The notes: generated by a model from the letters alone, not told the origin. DNA of 63,992 nucleotides, filler included, from an uncultured Methanosarcinales archaeon (GCA_964492935.1; 3 parts of 3 records of this genome joined end to end with filler, not necessarily neighbours in it), one strand, 5' to 3'; counted from the first letter of the whole stretch, positions 9,441-21,462 are shown. Numbers and translations: made by a program.

Positions 9441-11507
9441 ACCTTAAGAGAGTTATAGTTACCCCCGCCGTTTACCTGCTCTTAGCTCCGTTGTACCGGA
9501 GTTTAAAGTACAGGCACTGGGCAGACGTCACCTTCTATACACACCCTTGCGGGCTCGCAGAAGGCTACGTTTTTGCTAAACAGTCGGACCCCCTTAGTCA
9601 CTGCGCCCTGCAATCGCCAGACTAGCTGACCAAAGCAGGGATCCCTTATACCAAAGATACGGGACTAATGTGTCGAATTCCCTCAGTCATATTACCTCTT
9701 CACACCTGAGCCTTCTAAGCTAGAGACACCTGTGCCGGTTCTTTGTAAAGATACCTACGATCTTTGTGCAATACCTTTTCAAGGACTGTTGAAACGGGCC
9801 GAACGCATTGCGCTATTCTCTACTTTCATCTGCTTCTCATCGTAACGATACTCCACAGACGTATATAGATTAACATCCATAAATGGATGCCGGCTTCTTC
9901 ATCAGCGTCAGTATTGCACCTTGCGTTGCCGCACATACGTAGGCAGTAACGGAATATTAACCGTTTTCCCTTTCCCATTACTCGAGTTACGAGCTAGGTT
10001 AGGACTTACTAACCCTTGAATGATCGACATTGTCAAGGAACCATTGCTCTTTCGGTGGCAATTATTCTCAAATTGCTAAGTTCCTACTACCACCAGGATT
10101 CTTTTTCCCACGCGGTCCATATGCCTTCTCAAGCATACTTCTGCCCACGCGGAATACCTACCTACTACATCTTGCGATGTCTACAGTATCGGTAAACAAC
10201 TTAACCCCGTCCACTTTAGGGGCAAATAACCTTGACAAGTAAGCTGTTACGCACTTTTTAAAGGATGGCTGCTTCTAAGCCAACCTCCTCGCTGTCTGCG
10301 ACGATAGACACTTTTCACCCTTTCACACTTAGTCAGCATTTTGGGACCTTAACTATAGTCTGGGTTGTTCCCCTCTCGGAAACCGAGCTTACCTCGGCTT
10401 CCCGTCTCTTAGGATCTGCGATGCTAGAATGTTCGGAGTTGGACAGAAAACCGATCCCTTTCGAGACCTAAATCTTCAACCCGTAGCTCTACTACTCCAG
10501 CTATCTCCCCTAAGGCTTGACTACGGCCAACTTCGATAGGAACCAGCTATTGCCGGACTCGATTGGCTTTTCACCCCTAACCGCAAGTTAGAAGAACACT
10601 TGCTCGTAGAACCTCTTCAGGCCTCCATAACCTTTTACAGTTACTTCACCTTACTCAGGGTTAGATCGTCCGGCTTCGGGTTACATCCAAGTGACTCCTG
10701 GCATTTTCATACCACGCTCCTTGCAAGCTGCGAGCATGTTGCTTTCGCTTTGGGTCCTCTTACAGATTACCCTTGCCACTCAGATGAACTCCCTGGCACG
10801 TTATTCGAAACGTATGGTACAACTCCTTAGAGCAGTACCCAACAATAGCTATTAGGTTTCAGGTTCTTTTCACTTCCTGTCATGGGTACTTTTCAACGTT
10901 CCATCACTGTACTATGCGCTATCGGACTCAAATTGTATTTAAGGTTAGAAGTTGATGCCTCCTTAATTCCCATCCAATATCCAATGGATAGTATTCAAGA
11001 TACCGCCAAAACCTTCTCAGTTACCCCTACGTGGCTATCACACTCTAGGGCATATCTTTCCAGATAACTTTAGGTTCCTGAGATAAGATTTATGTAGGCA
11101 GTCTTTTAACACCACATCTCCTTTATCTTTCAATAAAGGATTCAGTTTGCCTTTTGCTGTTTTCACTCGCTGTTACTCGCAGCATCTCGATTGATTTCTT
11201 TTCCTGCAGGTACTAAGACGTTTCAATTCCCTGCGTTCCCCCTCCTTACGGAGTAGATGAGAAGTCTCATTCAGAAATCTCCGGTTCAAAGATTGCATGC
11301 ATCTCGCCGGAGCATTCTGTAGATTGCCACATCCTTTATCAGCATTTGAGCCAAGTCATCCACCTAATAGCTTTAGGATTTAGCCTATGTGCGGTCTCAT
11401 CAATATCAACCAACCCATCAATAGATATTATCTCATGAGGGGCTATCATTTGAATAAATGACAATGAATTTCTTAATAAATAATAACTTCTAAATAATGA
11501 TTTGAAA

Positions 11508-11629
11508 TGGACCCGTCGGGACTTTCTAACGGGCAATATTATTTGAACCCGTATTCGAACCCGAAACCTCCGCCTCTCTCTTGACAAAGTCAATGCAAGG
11601 GCGACATTCTACCATTGAACTACGGGCCC
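11508..11629 (-). tRNA. tRNA-Ala(TGC) in the rRNA spacer with two introns (about 11576-11593 at 37/38 and 11522-11553 in the T-loop)
   Basis: GGGCCCGTAGTTCAATGGTAGAATGTCGCCCTTGCA[18 nt]AGGCGGAGGTTTCGGGTTCGAA[32 nt]TCCCGACGGGTCCA. Confidence 0.9.
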
Positions 11630-11719
11630 ATAAGTAATACTTTAAAGAATTATTCGGGCATTAGGTACCGAATATATCATTCTATTTTTGAATGTATTAG
11701 TGGGAAAAAAATAATAAAA

Positions 11720-13291
<1,572 letters not shown>

Positions 13292-13494
13292 TTGTTATTA
13301 TTACGGTCGCATGTTTTGTCTAGAAACTGTTTCGTCACAATTTGCTTTACTTATTTGAATTTTTGGAGTCAAATAACCAACTATACTTGAATCTACTCAA
13401 GTACAAATGTAAATGCACCCTATACGCGGTGCCGGAATGTATATCCGGCTATATAGAATCTGGAGGCGATTGAACTCTTTCGGAATCAGAAGTT

Positions 13495-13503
13495 GTTTAT
13501 AAA
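13495..13503 (-). promoter_or_regulatory. probable TATA box of the rRNA operon
   Basis: TTTATAAA about 200 nt upstream of the 16S 5' end, in the correct orientation. Confidence 0.5.
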
Positions 13504-13568
13504 GCTTTCGACCTTAGAGTGAGGTAGATTTTCGATGCCTTTTTTGATGTGCGATTGGCTATCGGAAG

Positions 13569-13609
13569 TTTTATATAGGTAAAGTAACTTTTAGTAACTA
13601 ATTGTTACT
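13569..13609 (+). promoter_or_regulatory. TATA box followed by three AGTWACT-type boxes at 10-bp spacing
   Basis: TTTTATATA 13569-13577; AGTAACT 13583, AGTAACT 13593, TGTTACT 13603. Confidence 0.7.
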
Positions 13610-13615
13610 TTATCT

Positions 13616-13670
13616 GGGCAGTGGCACTCCTAGCACATCCCCATTGTGTTTTGCCGCTGCCTCTTTTTTT
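13616..13670 (+). ncRNA. candidate small hairpin RNA with oligo-T terminator
   Basis: GGGCAGTGGCA pairs with TGCCGCTGCCT; inner AGCACA:TGTGTT stem; TCCCCAT loop; followed by a T-run; own TATA box upstream. Confidence 0.5.
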
Positions 13671-13678
13671 CCGAAAGC

Positions 13679-13713
13679 TTTATATAAGTAACTTTAAGTT
13701 ACTATTAGTAACT
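13679..13713 (+). promoter_or_regulatory. second TATA box followed by three AGTWACT boxes at 10-bp spacing, reaching the RHH start codon
   Basis: TTTATATA 13679-13686; AGTAACT 13687, AGTTACT 13697, AGTAACT 13707. Confidence 0.72.
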
Positions 13714-13880
13714 TGAAGGACGTACCTGTAAAATTAGATGCTGAACTAAAGAAAAGGATAGAATCCTATATTTCTAATGACGATAACCGGTTCGATTTTC
13801 CTTCTGTGAAGAATTTTATCGATAAAGCTGTCCTGAAAATGTTGAAGGATATTGAGAAGGAGGCTAAGAAAAAATCATGA
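13713..13880 (+). CDS. ribbon-helix-helix (CopG/Arc/MetJ-like) DNA-binding protein, 55 aa, not in the ORF track
   Basis: TTG start; MKDVPVKLDAELKKRIESYISNDDNRFDFPSVKNFIDKAVLKMLKDIEKEAKKKS; stop overlaps the next ATG (ATGA). Confidence 0.8.
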   Translation: MKDVPVKLDAELKKRIESYISNDDNRFDFPSVKNFIDKAVLKMLKDIEKEAKKKS

Positions 13881-16460
13881 ATAAGAAGCTGCTAAGTTGG
13901 ATGCTTGTACTCGGAATGGTGTTAGGTGCCGGTATAGCTGAAGCTGCTTTCTATGATGCTGCCCTTTCGGCTCCATGGTTGAAATGGATCTTCAATGCTG
14001 CCGTGATTACGGCGGTGGTGTACTTTATCTTGCTGCTCGTTAAATTTGAGATGCAGGGCAATACGAAATGGTTCATGCTGGCGGTGATAGCGTTGTTCGC
14101 CTTTATGGTTTCGAAGAACGTGATCGGTGATGTCTGGATATGGAGTGCCGAGGGTCTCTTTGGAGATATCAGAACGATCTTGTTTGATTACACTCGTTGG
14201 ACCATTTTCATTGCGGCTGGAGTGCTGTTCTTCTGGTTGTTCGAACACATTGGTGTGGGTGGAGATAAATATGGATCGAAACTGAATGGTGCTATTAGTA
14301 TCATCATCGCCTACAGCCTGGCATTGAATAAGATGGATACGGGTAGTCTCGTTACTATTGGGGAAATTATTGCCCTGTACATCATCTATAGTAATGTTAA
14401 GGGGAAGCTCGGTAATGGGTACTTGGAGTTCTTTGGAACGCTGTTCTTGGTGTGGTTTATTTCTGATACAGCATTCAAGGGCATGGGATGGCTCGGAGGT
14501 ATATTCGGAACTGCGGGAACGATGACCGTCATCATTGTGCAGCTAGCGTTGATGTGTATCCTGATGTATTTGATCAATTCGCATGTCTTGAATCATCTTG
14601 ATTTCGTGGGTGAGAGTAGTATTGCCAAATTGGGCAAGTATATTGTGAGTGCTGGAGTTGCTGGCGGCATTATTTACTTCTCGAGCTCGTATTGGGAGAG
14701 TCTCTTTGGGTTCTCGCATCCTGGCTTGTTTAGTTCCGTTGCCGGAAAGAAGTTGTGGGCGATTGCTGCATTAGGTGTAGTGTTGTTGTTCTGGGCTGGA
14801 AAGACGTTTTTGAAGAAGAAGGGTGAGGGGGGAGCTGTTAATGACTTCCTTAAGAATTTCAAGGATAAGGGAGTTGAGCTTGCCTTTTCAAAAGCCCAGG
14901 AGGCGAATATCCCTGCAGTCAATAGTCTGATTAAGGGATTTGATATTCGAGGAGGGGCTGTTGGAAAAGGTACGGCGAAGGAAGAGTGGGGTCTGCGTGT
15001 CGAAAGCATTTGGGGCGAATTTTGGATCCTTATGAACTACATGCTCCGTTTGGAGGTATTTGGTGGAAAAATTGGGTTTGTCAAGGGGACTAGAGATTCT
15101 GTTCAGACTCTCTACTCTGATGATGAAGAATCGGAAGAAGCTGTAAAACCTAAAACACTCAAATATTTCCATCCCAGTACGCTGAATGCTAACATTGATC
15201 TTTACAGGACGGGAAATGGTTTCAGCATAAAAGGTGGAGGGAAAAGTATTGATCATGATACTAGGCATTACTTTTCTGTTGACAATAAAGGAAACATTGA
15301 CACTCAGAAAGAAATGAACGATCATTGGGGTTGTGACAACGATGAACTTGGTTTGTTTTACATGCTCACATTCCTTAAAGAGGATGTTGATAACGAAAGT
15401 GGAACTCAACTTACTGGGGAGAGTGATTCTCAGAAGGGTCAGAAGGAGGCTATTAGCGATGCACTTTTTGGTCCGAAAAAAGGGAGGATGGATGCCGCCC
15501 TTGCTCCTATCTGGGGAGACTCCGGTTCTGACACTAAGAAATTTGATTCTTATAGTACGAGGAGGGGTCTTTTGAATGAGATAAAGGCTCACCGACTTGT
15601 TGCCCTTAATCAATTCCTCATGTATGGTACCTATGTCCATTACCACAAATATGCTCGTCCTGGAGCGAGGCTCTTCCGGAAAAGGGCCATTCCTAAATCT
15701 GGCACTGGATCTGTCCCTTCGTACCCCGAATATTCTCTTGACAAAGAAAAGATGTTAGAGGATTCTGGTTGGGAAGAGGTAGGTATTGTGGGGGAGGAGA
15801 AAGGGAGTAAACTCACCGTTAAGGATCTCACTGACTTTGAAGTCGATTGGGATGGATTTTCAATGAAGGATTTGAATACCTATCAGTTTGATGGGGGTGA
15901 TGTGTATATCCATAGAGTGAAGCCTATCGATCATATCTCCAATCCGGACGGCTCTAGAGAACCGCTCTTAATTGATAATGTTGTCGATCATCCTAATATG
16001 CTCATTCCACTCAATTCACAGGTAACGGCCTGGGAATATTTCATCCGAGATATCCGTACGGGGATGTTTCACCCTAAGAGTCGGACACTACAGGACTACG
16101 CTCAGAAGCACGCTCGAAGGGAACCTTACAGAACGGATGTAGTCCAGTCGTTTGGTGCACCTACAGAAGGAGGTAATCCTGCATTTGATATGGAGGCACT
16201 TAAGGATCCTGGCGGTTTCAAATATTGGGGGCTCAAGAACGCTAATACTATCAGTGAAGNNNNNNNNNNATCAGATGAAAAATGCCTCTCCGATTAACCC
16301 CTACCCTACTTTGTCCATCCAGGGACTTAGCTCTTACATCGGAGATTATCTCTTCAACCTTGCGGATACTGCTCAGAGGGAACAGGCGAAGAATTTTGTC
16401 TTCGATAGGGGTGGAAGGGGCAACATGTTTACTCGAGATATTGAGAAAAAGAAAGAATAA
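13877..16460 (+). CDS. large polytopic membrane protein (about 860 aa) with a soluble C-terminal domain paralogous to the 18036-20057 protein; spans a 10-N gap
   Basis: About 10 hydrophobic segments in the first 310 aa. After the gap at 16260-16269 the frame ending at 16460 (NPYPTLSIQGLSSYI) continues the alignment with the paralog and abuts the next start (TAATG). Confidence 0.8.
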
Positions 16461-18043
16461 TGGTAGTGACGAAAACTGATTTGGTGATGGAGGATCGAGA
16501 TAGTCAGTATACTAACCCCATTAGTCTTTCGCTTTCATTATTCGCAGATATTCAAAAGCTTCTTGCGCCTGTTTATGGTCGGCTTTCTAAGCTTTCTGAT
16601 CTGATCATCTCTGGTAAGGATAGGGACCAGGTATTCCCTGAATTGGTTAGTGTGCGTGAGATTACTCGACTCGTTCGAGGTCGCTTTAAAGAAGAGAAGA
16701 TTCGATCGGAAATTAGTAACCGTGCTCCACAGTGGGAGCGCCATATTCCAGGCATTGTTGATTATTTGAAACGATTGCTTTTGAGGAAGGTTGTTCCTAG
16801 TGTCGATGGTGATGCTATTGCAGCTATTCTGAGAGGTACTCCTTACAGCTCTTACACCTTGCTGCGGCCGCGCTACGAGGAGATTACTCAACAAGAGTCT
16901 CTTAATCCTGGACAGAGTGAAAAGAGGGCTGCTATTATTTCTTTTGTGCAAGCCTACCAATCCCTCTACAAACACAAGCTTTATCTCTCTCGGATAACTT
17001 CAAAGATGCGTTTGGATATTGATCGTCAGGACGTGCATGTTTTGGTGCAGGATATTGAACAAGTAGGAGCTCACTTTTCTCACTCCAAGGATCCTACCAT
17101 TAAGAAAATCCTTCAGTCGGATTCGATCACTCTTCTCTCTACCTTTGAGAAGAAACGCTTATTCATTCAGCAGTTGTTGGGCCAGATCCGTACGGGCTCT
17201 GATGAAGGTATGTGGGAATCCTTTTTCGAGGTGTACAGATCTATGAAAACCCATATTTCGAAGATACGGAATGATTTCGGAGATGTTGTACTGGCAGACG
17301 ATCTTCTGCACTGTTATGAAGACAAAGCTACCTTTGGGGAGCAGCCGCTTGTATGGCAAAAGAAATTTGAATCAATTGTGCGTACGTTGCAGGATTCAGC
17401 TACGGTTCGAAGGCTATTCTTCGAGGCTTCTGTAACGCATCTGCTTCGCCCCTTGACTGCAAGGATTGATGAACGTGTTATTGAACACCACTCGCAGCTG
17501 CAGAGTGCTGTTTCTCGCTCTGGCGGTTTAAAAAAGAAAATATCTCGAAAGGGAGTTAGGGATCTCCTCATCTACCTTCGCCAGGTTGAGCGATTTTATC
17601 TCGCTAAAATTGATTCACTCAAGGTACTCTTTACCACTAGAAAGCAACATTTAAATGCACTGGTCACCCAATTCAAGGAAACTTACACCGGAGAGTTTAA
17701 TGAGGAATCGTTCCTGAAAAAAGCAGACCTAATAATTGGTGATGGTATGGATGTTCAAGAAGAGATCGCAAAGTTTTCATCAACCCGAGATCGTTTTAGT
17801 GTGGATGATGATCGGTACCGCATGCAGCTTATCCCTGCTGCGCTTCAGATCGCGACTGCTGTGGTCGCAGGCAATAATCGAATTGCGCAAGGATCTCTAG
17901 ACATGCTAGAAGAGGGCAAGGATATTGTTCTGTTGAAGGATCAGGCTAGCAGTATTTCCACTGAGCTTTCTCAGTTAGTGGATGATCTGGATCAGACACT
18001 TGGAGATGGTAGAGAGAGAATCAGGAGGTGGATTGATGGCTGA
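16460..18043 (+). CDS. hypothetical helical/coiled-coil protein
   Basis: 527 aa ORF overlapping both neighbours. Confidence 0.8.
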   Translation: MVVTKTDLVMEDRDSQYTNPISLSLSLFADIQKLLAPVYGRLSKLSDLIISGKDRDQVFPELVSVREITRLVRGRFKEEKIRSEISNRAPQWERHIPGIVDYLKRLLLRKVVPSVDGDAIAAILRGTPYSSYTLLRPRYEEITQQESLNPGQSEKRAAIISFVQAYQSLYKHKLYLSRITSKMRLDIDRQDVHVLVQDIEQVGAHFSHSKDPTIKKILQSDSITLLSTFEKKRLFIQQLLGQIRTGSDEGMWESFFEVYRSMKTHISKIRNDFGDVVLADDLLHCYEDKATFGEQPLVWQKKFESIVRTLQDSATVRRLFFEASVTHLLRPLTARIDERVIEHHSQLQSAVSRSGGLKKKISRKGVRDLLIYLRQVERFYLAKIDSLKVLFTTRKQHLNALVTQFKETYTGEFNEESFLKKADLIIGDGMDVQEEIAKFSSTRDRFSVDDDRYRMQLIPAALQIATAVVAGNNRIAQGSLDMLEEGKDIVLLKDQASSISTELSQLVDDLDQTLGDGRERIRRWIDG

Positions 18044-20057
18044 TGAAGAGACTTCTATCCGGGGAAAATTAATTGGTAGGGGAATTGAAGCGGGCAAAGA
18101 TTTATTCTTCAAAAAGATAGCTGCGAAGCTGAAAACTCGAGTCAAACATGCTCGTACAGGGAAAGAACCCCTTAAAGCCACTCGAGAATTGAATAGCTTA
18201 ATTAACCTTCTTGCGGCAAGAATTATTGGGCTTGGAGATATTGAGGTGAAGATGCAGCAGGTTGATGACTTGCTATATGGGAGTAAGGAAACTAAATATC
18301 CTGGCCTCATTGCAAAATATAAAGATACCCTTAAACAGTATACTCATCCTGATCCGGCACGTCTCGATTGGAAGTATACTAAAAATGGGACGCCCATAAG
18401 ATTCTGGGATAAAATTAATGATGCTGCTGATTGTGTTTTTCCTAGTAAGGATATGGAGGATCTTATGTCGGGTCTCAAGGGTGAAGATAAAGCTAATTTG
18501 GCCCTGTCGGAAGTTATGGATCTTATTACGGACAAAAGTGATCCCCGAGATAGTACGCGAAACGTATATTATGGGCAGCCTTTCGTTTTCTTGAAAAAGA
18601 CCTTTACATTTCCAGTTCCCGATGAACGTGAGCTTATTTTTCCCGATGGATATGTGCAAAAGGTTAGTTATTATGGATATCATCCGCTACAAACCTATTG
18701 GGTTGAGCTCTATAATGAGATTATTAAGTTGGTTCTAATCCATGTACGCGATTACTATCTCGAAAAGCACAAAGGAGATAAAAACAAAGAGAGTCTTGTA
18801 AAGAAGAATATTGTCACTTATCGGACCCTCCTTACTGAGGAGGTTGAGGCTTATTTCAAGAAGGATCGGTACATCAGCTATCTCTCTGTAGACAAGAGAG
18901 ACAACGCTACCCAGGGCGTGATGAACAATATTAATGCTGCTTTTGAGAACCTCAAAGGAGATATAACTAATCAATTACTTCAGAATCGACCGGAACATGT
19001 GTACTTCAAGCACACCTATCGCGTCGTTAGAGTTATGCCTCCCCTTATGCTCAAGGAGGATGGCCACGAGTATGATGGCTATGATCATGTTGGCTATGAG
19101 GAATTCAAGAGGAAAATACCCATTAAGGATGAACTGGGGGAGATTGAGGTGTTGAAGGATGAAAGGGGTATGGCTTTTGAGGTAGCTGATGATTCATATA
19201 AATTCGACGGTTTCCCCATTCCCCAAGGTACTTTTTTATTGGACGTGTTTAAGGATCCTCCCCTTTTTGAGGGCGATGTAAAGGATAGTTGGAGAAATGT
19301 GGAAGATGACGATTATGATAGATTTACCGAATTCATTGATCCATTAGAAATGTGTTGTTATATTTACAATGAATGGGATGAGTATCGTGATAATTTTAGG
19401 GATGGGCGGTATCAAGAAGATTCATTGACTGTTACGGACTATATCTTGGCTAACAGTCCACTTATGGGTTTTGAATCTGAGGAGGTGGATGCCCATTTTT
19501 ACCACAATGACCCTGCAAAGAATCATGAGGTTGCTGAAAGATTGGAGAGTGCTCGAGAGAAATTGACTATGGATATTCGCAAACGTTCATCGCCAAGTGC
19601 AGTAAATGCTCCTCGGGTCCCTAGCCATTTGAATCCTGCTTTTGATATGCGGGCAATTCCCCTTTCTTCTCTCAAAGCGCTTCTAAAAGGTGAGTCTACT
19701 AAAGATTCTGATGATGAAGGTAATCTCTTTTTTAATTACATTGGAAAGAAACGGTACTATGGGCATGTGGATGAAGCAACAATACCTGAAGATATTTGGA
19801 AGGGTGATCAGGCCCATAAACGCTATTCTATTAGTAGTAGGGGATTATCTATGTTTATTATTGAAACTATTTCGCGAGGTGGGAAGTATCTTGCAGAGAT
19901 TAAGGAAGATCTAATTGAAGTTGGAAAACGTTCAGGGGGCTATGATTACGGTCCTCGATTGTTTGAAACTGACTTTCCCAAGGATCCTTTTAACTTGACG
20001 AATCTAAGGGAGCTTAACGAAAAAGTGGAAAGGGGTCTTAAGGGGAAGAAAAAATAA
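18036..20057 (+). CDS. hypothetical soluble protein (about 673 aa) sharing a domain with the 13877 membrane protein
   Basis: GGAGGTG SD before ATG 18036; motifs WDEYRDNFRDG, SLTVTDY, NPAFDM, ISSRGLS. Confidence 0.82.
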   Translation: MADEETSIRGKLIGRGIEAGKDLFFKKIAAKLKTRVKHARTGKEPLKATRELNSLINLLAARIIGLGDIEVKMQQVDDLLYGSKETKYPGLIAKYKDTLKQYTHPDPARLDWKYTKNGTPIRFWDKINDAADCVFPSKDMEDLMSGLKGEDKANLALSEVMDLITDKSDPRDSTRNVYYGQPFVFLKKTFTFPVPDERELIFPDGYVQKVSYYGYHPLQTYWVELYNEIIKLVLIHVRDYYLEKHKGDKNKESLVKKNIVTYRTLLTEEVEAYFKKDRYISYLSVDKRDNATQGVMNNINAAFENLKGDITNQLLQNRPEHVYFKHTYRVVRVMPPLMLKEDGHEYDGYDHVGYEEFKRKIPIKDELGEIEVLKDERGMAFEVADDSYKFDGFPIPQGTFLLDVFKDPPLFEGDVKDSWRNVEDDDYDRFTEFIDPLEMCCYIYNEWDEYRDNFRDGRYQEDSLTVTDYILANSPLMGFESEEVDAHFYHNDPAKNHEVAERLESAREKLTMDIRKRSSPSAVNAPRVPSHLNPAFDMRAIPLSSLKALLKGESTKDSDDEGNLFFNYIGKKRYYGHVDEATIPEDIWKGDQAHKRYSISSRGLSMFIIETISRGGKYLAEIKEDLIEVGKRSGGYDYGPRLFETDFPKDPFNLTNLRELNEKVERGLKGKKK

Positions 20058-20671
20058 TGCCAGAATACAAACTGCCTGAAACGAAGATTAAATTCAAGGA
20101 TGTGTTTAGTCTGAAGAATCTTTATGTGATGATGCATGAGATGATGCTCGAGGAGGGTTGGTTTGCGGAAGAAGGCCTGCCGAGTGGAGACCCATCGAAG
20201 GGGCATCGGTATATTGAGAATTTGTACTTGGAGAATTATTATCAGAAGGGTTTGCATGCGGGAGGGAAGGAGTTGTGGGTGTACTGGAGGACGTTAAAGA
20301 AACCTGAGGGGAAGTATTCTGGATATTATCAATACAAGCTGAATGTGGATTTTCATGGGGTGTACCTGCAGGACCGGGAGATTGTGCATCAGGGCAAGAA
20401 GATTACGGTGCAGTATGGAGAGATTGAGATTTTTATGAATGCTGCACTGGTGACTGATTATAATGAGGATTGGCAGAACCATTGGTTCTTGAAGAACGTT
20501 CAGGATATTTATGAAAAGAGAATGATTCACGGAGAGATTGAGAAGTTGGAGAAGGTGTTATGGAGAGATGTCTACAGAATGAGAGATGTTGTTAAACGAT
20601 TCTTAGATCTTCGGGTATTCGAACCTACTCCGGAACCGATCTGGCCTAAGCTTTACGGGATGGAGGGTTAA
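20057..20671 (+). CDS. hypothetical protein, aromatic-rich alpha/beta
   Basis: 204 aa ORF coupled to the upstream stop (TAATG); last gene of the cluster. Confidence 0.82.
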   Translation: MPEYKLPETKIKFKDVFSLKNLYVMMHEMMLEEGWFAEEGLPSGDPSKGHRYIENLYLENYYQKGLHAGGKELWVYWRTLKKPEGKYSGYYQYKLNVDFHGVYLQDREIVHQGKKITVQYGEIEIFMNAALVTDYNEDWQNHWFLKNVQDIYEKRMIHGEIEKLEKVLWRDVYRMRDVVKRFLDLRVFEPTPEPIWPKLYGMEG

Positions 20672-21317
20672 CACTCTCTTGTTGAGCATCTTCTTTCTTG
20701 CCTGCCTGCATGTAGGCGTAGGTGGTGTTGATTGCTGCGGAGGTTGCCATTTTGTATGCTGGTGGGACTAGAGCGAAGTTTGCTGCGATGGGTGCCCCTA
20801 GGTATTTTGTGACGTCCCACATTGCTTTCTTTCTTTGCTCCCATGGCTTTGCCTCGTAGTCGCTGATAAGTGCTCGGTTGGTGTACTCATGGAATTCCAT
20901 GAAGGGCGGAATTACGCTTATTCCCATTGCGGCCTTGGCTGCGATGCCCGCCCATTGGCCCGCCTTTGAGGTGACGTAGGCTCCTAATTGGGTGAATCCT
21001 TTAAACGTTGCATCTAGAACTATTCCTATTGTTGCTCCAATGGTGAATTCATTGGCTACGTCCTTGTAGAGGGTTTCGGCCTTTGCTTTCCAGTTTCCTA
21101 AAATCTTTCCTGCAGCAAATCCTAGTCCACTGATGCCTGCAGCAATCGCTAGAGGTGCTCCGCCTAGCAGTCCAGCTAATCCTACGGGGGTTGCGGCTTT
21201 TGCAGTGTAATACATTTTGCCGGCAACATCTGCTACATCATCGATGGTTCGAGCTATCGCATCACCGACATCGGAACCTCCGGTAGCTACCTTTTGTTCT
21301 AAGTCTTCATCTGCCAT
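20646..21317 (-). CDS. membrane protein with weak Mpv17/PMP22-like C-terminus
   Basis: Ala/Gly-rich hydrophobic helices; PIAANFALVPPAYK resembles the NFxxVP motif. Confidence 0.6.
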   Translation of the reverse strand: MADEDLEQKVATGGSDVGDAIARTIDDVADVAGKMYYTAKAATPVGLAGLLGGAPLAIAAGISGLGFAAGKILGNWKAKAETLYKDVANEFTIGATIGIVLDATFKGFTQLGAYVTSKAGQWAGIAAKAAMGISVIPPFMEFHEYTNRALISDYEAKPWEQRKKAMWDVTKYLGAPIAANFALVPPAYKMATSAAINTTYAYMQAGKKEDAQQESVNPPSRKA

Positions 21318-21462
21318 CTTGGTCCTCGAGTAGCTTTTTTATGGAGATTTCGATGAAATGAGATTTGTTTCTGAATTTTCCTGAGGTTTTGTGCTTTCGC
21401 AGCGATTCGCGTAGTTGGAGAATGGTTTCTTCTTCTACTGAGATGGTCATTCGATGCTTCAT
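21307..21462 (-). CDS. ribbon-helix-helix DNA-binding protein, 51 aa, not in the ORF track
   Basis: MKHRMTISVEEETILQLRESLRKHKTSGKFRNKSHFIEISIKKLLEDQDGR; overlaps the start of the 20646-21317 gene. Confidence 0.82.
   Translation of the reverse strand: MKHRMTISVEEETILQLRESLRKHKTSGKFRNKSHFIEISIKKLLEDQDGR

Larger units (their letters stand above)
6975..11385 (-). rRNA. rrl: 23S rRNA (three introns); ends approximate
   Basis: Reverse complement contains the sarcin-ricin loop AGTACGAGAGGAAC (about 7189-7202), PTC sequences GGGATA/ACAG and TCGATGTCGGCTC, and H69-71 TAACTATAAC...TAAGGT/AGCGAAA. Confidence 0.97.

Noticed and set aside
13583..13713. AGTWACT repeats as a CRISPR array or replication iterons
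   Set aside because: Units are 7 bp with 3-bp gaps, no cas or rep gene is nearby, and they follow TATA boxes as operators do. No CRISPR array was seen anywhere in the window.
14888..15646. 252-aa minus-strand ORF and similar long antisense ORFs
   Set aside because: Fully antisense to well-supported genes and lacking recognisable motifs
16260..16297. Apparent frameshift or early stop of the 806-aa ORF
   Set aside because: Caused by a 10-N placeholder; similarity to the paralog continues in the frame ending at 16460
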